DNA of 33,800 nt from Candidatus Thorarchaeota archaeon (lineage in GTDB: Archaea > Asgardarchaeota > Thorarchaeia > Thorarchaeales > Thorarchaeaceae). Below the pieces are notes generated by a model, which was given only the letters and a program-made list of their open reading frames with translations, ran no database searches and was not told where the DNA came from. Of the stretch, positions 28,479-33,800 are shown piece after piece. The position numbers were made by a program, and so were the translations under genes. Position 1 is the stretch's first letter, and the number at the start of each line of letters is the position of its first letter. The stretch spans positions 1-33,800 of the forward strand of contig JAWOEX010000007.1 of assembly GCA_046482545.1 (NCBI GenBank), given 5' to 3'.

Positions 28479-29107
28479 GTATTTCTCCCCGTCCTGACCA
28501 GCATCAAAAGTAGTGCAGTAAAGCCTAGGAATTGCAGAATCTGACTGAATAAGTATCCCCAAATTGTATTAACAGCAACAACAGGGGCGATGTGGCTTGC
28601 TAGGATTAGAAGAAAGGCGATGAAAACATAGAGTGCGACACTACTTCTACCTGATAGATAGTTCATGAGCGATTGCAACACTACCACTATCAAGACGAGT
28701 ATGGCAACCATTTCAAGGCTGGGATCGAGTAGGAATGGCAAGGCTAGTAGCGTTGTAATTGAGGGTGCTTTCTCAGCGCGGATATGACGCGTAGATATGG
28801 CAAAGATAACGTATGCCATTATTCTCATCATACCATAGGCAATAGTCACTATCACAATGAGAGTGCTAGAGCCCGTTGCGCCTTCATTCTGAAGTACGAA
28901 GAAATAGAGTGTTCCAATGACCCTTCCCAACATCCCTGCGGATAAGATGAGGAATCCTGTGGATAAGTCTGCCAATCGCTTTTGTTCTGTGATTCTATAC
29001 GCGTTGTTAGCATAGTGAGATACAGCTAAAGCAATGATTCCGCTGATAGTCTCCAGAAGGAGATCAACCCTCACTAGATGAACAATCGGTTGCTGCATAC
29101 TAAACAT
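28475..29107 (-). CDS. 6-7 TM membrane protein, translationally coupled to the wHTH gene
   Basis: Hydrophobic segments throughout; apparent internal 3-TM duplication. Confidence 0.75.
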   Translation of the reverse strand: MFSMQQPIVHLVRVDLLLETISGIIALAVSHYANNAYRITEQKRLADLSTGFLILSAGMLGRVIGTLYFFVLQNEGATGSSTLIVIVTIAYGMMRIMAYVIFAISTRHIRAEKAPSITTLLALPFLLDPSLEMVAILVLIVVVLQSLMNYLSGRSSVALYVFIAFLLILASHIAPVVAVNTIWGYLFSQILQFLGFTALLLMLVRTGRNT

Positions 29108-29342
29108 ACCTCGGCTTATCCGCGATGCTGTTGTGTTGATTTCATAGAACGCATCCTGCCTTTTGTACTCTACTCCGATGTCCCAAACATGTCACATTAC
29201 TGTATAAATCATCCAATCATATCAACAGATTGTGGAGATTTTCTTGATTTGCGGAGAATACACCCAAATGTGGTCTAGAACAAGAATGGCGCTATATTGG
29301 CAGTGTCTGTAGAGCCTAACCAAGATAGAAGAAATCGCCAAC

Positions 29343-29361
29343 GGCGGGTTCAAAACCCGCC
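29343..29361 (-). terminator. Hairpin downstream of the aminopeptidase gene
   Basis: GGCGGGTT-CAA-AACCCGCC, followed on the minus strand by a T-rich run. Confidence 0.55.
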
Positions 29362-29378
29362 ATTCCACCATCCTTTTA

Positions 29379-31982
29379 CTAGTCTTGCTTATCTTCCATG
29401 AGTTCTTCCAGCTTAGAAAGCTGGTCCTTGAGGTCTCTGTTTGCTTTCTCCAGCTCCTCAATACTTTTTTGCATCGAATCAATTTCTTCAGGTTCTTTCT
29501 CTTTACTCAACGCCCTGATAGCTTCTCTTGAGTATCTGATGACTTTCGCCATGACTGCACTTTCAGCAATACTACGCAGAACCGGAATAAGTGAAGCATC
29601 ACCGTAGTCTTTGATGGCAAGAAGAGACATGACCTTCACTCGGTAGGATTCATCATCCAAGATTTTCTCCAATTCCGATTTGATTTCGGGCCGCTTCTTC
29701 TTGTATCGTTTACCCAGCTTCGCAAGGACTTTTGGCACGGTTCTTCTAAGCTGGTCAGGGGTACCTACTTCCAAGTACGGCATGACGACATCAATTGCTT
29801 CTTCCTTTTCTGTTTCTCCAAGGCCTTCGATGTATCCCTGTTTGATGATATGATGCCAGCTCTCAGGGGCCTTCTCCAGTCCTTCTACAAGCATATCAAA
29901 GGCGTCCTCGTGCTTCATCTTACCAATCGAGTTTGCTGCTGAAGAAACAACGAAGTAACTGTCCTTGTCCTGTAGCAATTTCTTGAGAGCTTCAAACGCG
30001 CGATCGTTTTGGTAGAACTCACCAAGCGCCTTAGCAACACCGGTTCGAGCCTTACTATGCTCTAAATCTGTGGCCAGCAGTAGCTGGTCAAGGGCGCTAT
30101 CATTCTTGATTGACCCTAGTACTTCTGCGATTTCTACCTTCGTGCCCCAGAACTCATCCTCTCGCAGGGCCTTGCCAAGCGCCCGAATAGCTTTGGGTGT
30201 GGCTTTCTTGCCTAATGCTTGTGCAGCTTTTATCTTCTGCATAACATTAGTGCCATTCTTCAGCTGCTCTATCCACATCGGCTCTGGTTTTTCAATGGTC
30301 CAGTCCATGAGTGTTGTATAGTCCGGGTCGATGATGATTTGCTTGGGTTTCACCGCGACCGGATAATAGAATGAATGAACACGCTCATCGATTTGCATCT
30401 CATACCGTGTACGTTCCCCTTCGTTATCCACAAATTCCACCGTCAGAGGGAACTTGAATACTTCAGGTGTCATTTCATGCTCCTGCGTTTGCTCAATCCG
30501 TACCTTTGCATGCTTGAGTTTTTCATCGTAAGAACACTTGATTTTACATTCAGGATAACCGGCCTTGTAGAGCCATTGCTCAAAGAACCAGCCGTAATCC
30601 TCACCGGTCATCTTAGTAAAGAGAGATTCAAGGTCGTGCGTGTATACTGAGTCATATGCATATCTTGTGAGCCATTCGCCGAGTATTTCCCACCAACGTT
30701 CTTCTCCAACCAGATGCTTTAGCATATAGTACCGCCATGCCCCTCCAGGGTATAAATGACGGTCAAAAACGTCCATACCCCGCTCCCACTCGTTTTGGAC
30801 TAACGGCCTACGATACTTCTTCTTGTCTTCCTTGAAGTAGGCTTTCTGCTTACCATATTGCTCGTAATAATACTCGTCATCACCTTTGTCATGACGTTTC
30901 CATTCGTTCTGCATTTGCGTGGCCCAGCCTTCATTGAGCCAGCCATGACTCCAAGTCCTGCAGGTAACCAGATCCCCGCCCCAGCTATGGGCCAACTCGT
31001 GGGAAACAAGACCATCCGAATCGAAGTCTTTGTGCGCTTTCTCATCATGAAGTGTTGCGTCGGTCTGAATTGTCGCACTGACATTCTCCATTCCCCCAGC
31101 AACAAATTCAGCTGCTGTTACTTGGGCATACTTGTCCCATGGAAAAGGTACGCCGAGTTTGTTTTCGAAGAATTTGATCATTTCAGGAGTTTTCTCAAAG
31201 GAGCGATAGACCGTCTCCTTGTCCCACTTCGGATGGGTGTAGTAGCTAATCTCAAGCCCATCTACTTCTTCCTTGAAATCTTGGGCCTTGCTCACCCATA
31301 TCATCATGAGGTATGCGGGAATGGGCTTCTCCTGATACCAGTGGAAGGTTTCGCTTCCGTCATCGTTCTCTTCCCTCTCCTCAAGCACGCCATTGCTCAT
31401 GGCAAAATAACCCGCGGGAACTGTAAGAATTGTTTCAGTTGAAAATTTATGGCTGGGATTATCGTACACCGGAACGATGAACCTAGCATAATCATCCTGA
31501 AGTTGTGTCCATGCGCTCTTTTCACTATCCGGAAATTCGGGACGTGGGTACGTAAAGAAGAGTCCAGCCCGAGGCTTCTTGATGGAGTAGACAAATGTGA
31601 TTTCTTCTTGGTCGCCTACTCCAAGTGCTTCCTTGAGATACACAATCATTCCCTCTTCATCGGGTTTCATCTCCCATTCCAATTCTTCCTCATTGGAATC
31701 TCGGATAGTGATTATATCAATCTCAGCTACATGGAGATTCAAGGTATCAAGCTCGTCCACAATCGATTCTATGCTGAGTTTGGAGATGGCATCAACGAAT
31801 TGTTTTTCCAAGTCCACTTGCCAGTCCATCGTCAGGTGGTTTATTTCATAATGGCGGGGTGGCGCCCATTGTGACCGTGCGGTTGGAAAGGTAAAATCTT
31901 CCCTGTCGTCCATCAATGCTTGTTCGGCTTCCCTGATACTGCCACGCATAAGCAATTTCAGGTATTCATGAAAATCAGTCAT
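29379..31982 (-). CDS. M1 family aminopeptidase with HEAT repeats and C-terminal coiled coil
   Basis: GGMEN, HELAH-x18-E (WLNEG), HEAT-like A..ALG repeats, heptad-pattern tail. Confidence 0.92.
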   Translation of the reverse strand: MTDFHEYLKLLMRGSIREAEQALMDDREDFTFPTARSQWAPPRHYEINHLTMDWQVDLEKQFVDAISKLSIESIVDELDTLNLHVAEIDIITIRDSNEEELEWEMKPDEEGMIVYLKEALGVGDQEEITFVYSIKKPRAGLFFTYPRPEFPDSEKSAWTQLQDDYARFIVPVYDNPSHKFSTETILTVPAGYFAMSNGVLEEREENDDGSETFHWYQEKPIPAYLMMIWVSKAQDFKEEVDGLEISYYTHPKWDKETVYRSFEKTPEMIKFFENKLGVPFPWDKYAQVTAAEFVAGGMENVSATIQTDATLHDEKAHKDFDSDGLVSHELAHSWGGDLVTCRTWSHGWLNEGWATQMQNEWKRHDKGDDEYYYEQYGKQKAYFKEDKKKYRRPLVQNEWERGMDVFDRHLYPGGAWRYYMLKHLVGEERWWEILGEWLTRYAYDSVYTHDLESLFTKMTGEDYGWFFEQWLYKAGYPECKIKCSYDEKLKHAKVRIEQTQEHEMTPEVFKFPLTVEFVDNEGERTRYEMQIDERVHSFYYPVAVKPKQIIIDPDYTTLMDWTIEKPEPMWIEQLKNGTNVMQKIKAAQALGKKATPKAIRALGKALREDEFWGTKVEIAEVLGSIKNDSALDQLLLATDLEHSKARTGVAKALGEFYQNDRAFEALKKLLQDKDSYFVVSSAANSIGKMKHEDAFDMLVEGLEKAPESWHHIIKQGYIEGLGETEKEEAIDVVMPYLEVGTPDQLRRTVPKVLAKLGKRYKKKRPEIKSELEKILDDESYRVKVMSLLAIKDYGDASLIPVLRSIAESAVMAKVIRYSREAIRALSKEKEPEEIDSMQKSIEELEKANRDLKDQLSKLEELMEDKQD

Positions 31983-32176
31983 ATCAAATTCCTCGACTTG
32001 TCCACATTTGGGACCTACAACATTGACTGGAAGCCGATTTCATGTAAATATTTGCTATTCCGCCGGTTATAATGGGTTGTTATGGTGCGCTTGGTACAGA
32101 ACCGGGAGATGCGCCGTTTTTAGTGTCAATTTTGAATACCACCCCTCAGATCTGACGCCTCTGTCTTGTATGGATG

Positions 32177-32320
32177 GCCTCTCTGGAAAAAGTCGCCGGA
32201 ATTGGTGTGTGAGAAGAACAAATGAGTAGTCAACTCGCTATTCACACACACGAATCCTTTACAATTAAGACAAAAACATGAATCACTCCGCTATCTTGGT
32301 ATGACTTATTCTACAAAGAT
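32177..32320 (+). mobile_element. MITE copy 2 (144 bp)
   Basis: Perfect 9-bp TSD GTATGGATG (32168-32176 and 32321-32329); TIRs GCCTCTCTGGAAAAAGTC / ATCTTTGTAGAATAAGTC; homologous to 6670-6811. Confidence 0.88.
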
Positions 32321-32428
32321 GTATGGATGCTAGTGTTTATATCCCCGTGACAAGTACTCTGGCATCAACTTACCCCGAACATCGGGCCAGTAGAACGCAT
32401 GGAGAGAGTCTCAAGAGCTCGTTCCTTG

Positions 32429-32441
32429 CAAAGGTTTAAAA
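32429..32441 (+). promoter_or_regulatory. BRE-TATA promoter of the rRNA operon
   Basis: CAAAGG-TTTAAAA about 25 nt before the first leader hairpin. Confidence 0.65.
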
Positions 32442-32461
32442 CGGTTTGAATCGGGGTACAA

Positions 32462-32732
32462 ATGCTTCGTGTCCAAAGGTGTCATGCCTGAGGCTGTCGG
32501 CGAATGCCGAGCGATGACGGTTCAATGACTTCCAGACACGAATATATGATGCGGACTTGAGATAGACTGGCATGCGATATGCTGGAATCCCCTCAGGTCT
32601 AAGATACGCTCAACAGTGTGCAGGCCAAGGGTAAGCTTTCTGCTAACCCCGCGCGCCTGTACTTCACAAGTTCATAGTGTGCACAACATTATGCATGGTA
32701 TTTTTCCTTGCCAACATGCGTAATTGGGATCA
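32462..32732 (+). other. Structured 5' leader (ETS) of the pre-rRNA
   Basis: Stems TTCGTGTC/GACACGAA, GACTTGAG/CTCAGGTC, GTGCAGGC/GCCTGTAC. Confidence 0.65.

Positions 32733-33800
<1,068 letters not shown>

Overview
Archaeal chromosomal window; the divergent 16S rRNA and gene style suggest an Asgard archaeon, possibly Thorarchaeia (inference). Protein genes are mostly housekeeping or metabolic: K+-independent membrane pyrophosphatase (partial), an acetate cluster (CoA-transferase-GNAT fusion divergent from satP-acs, with an AcuC/HDAC-type deacetylase about 5 kb away), Old Yellow Enzyme, MFS transporter, UROD-family protein, PolX, pyrH, valS, two OsmC paralogues, an LLM oxidoreductase and an M1 aminopeptidase. 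RNA genes are three tRNAs (Ile-GAT, Leu-CAA with a BHB intron, Ala-CGC) and the 5' part of the 16S rRNA. Non-obvious signals: (1) a ~340-nt closed, highly structured ncRNA (19330-19670) with an HgcC/TnpB-omegaRNA-like 5' module joined to a K-turn-bearing 3' domain and no tnpB in the window, inside a mosaic island with helically phased repeats and a broken surface-protein gene; (2) a 30-nt BHB hairpin intron in 16S at E. coli position 908; (3) two copies of a ~143-bp MITE with 18-bp IS903-like TIRs and 9-bp TSDs, upstream of acs and of the rRNA operon; (4) three tandem micro-ORFs behind a palindromic operator. All structures and alignments were done by eye.
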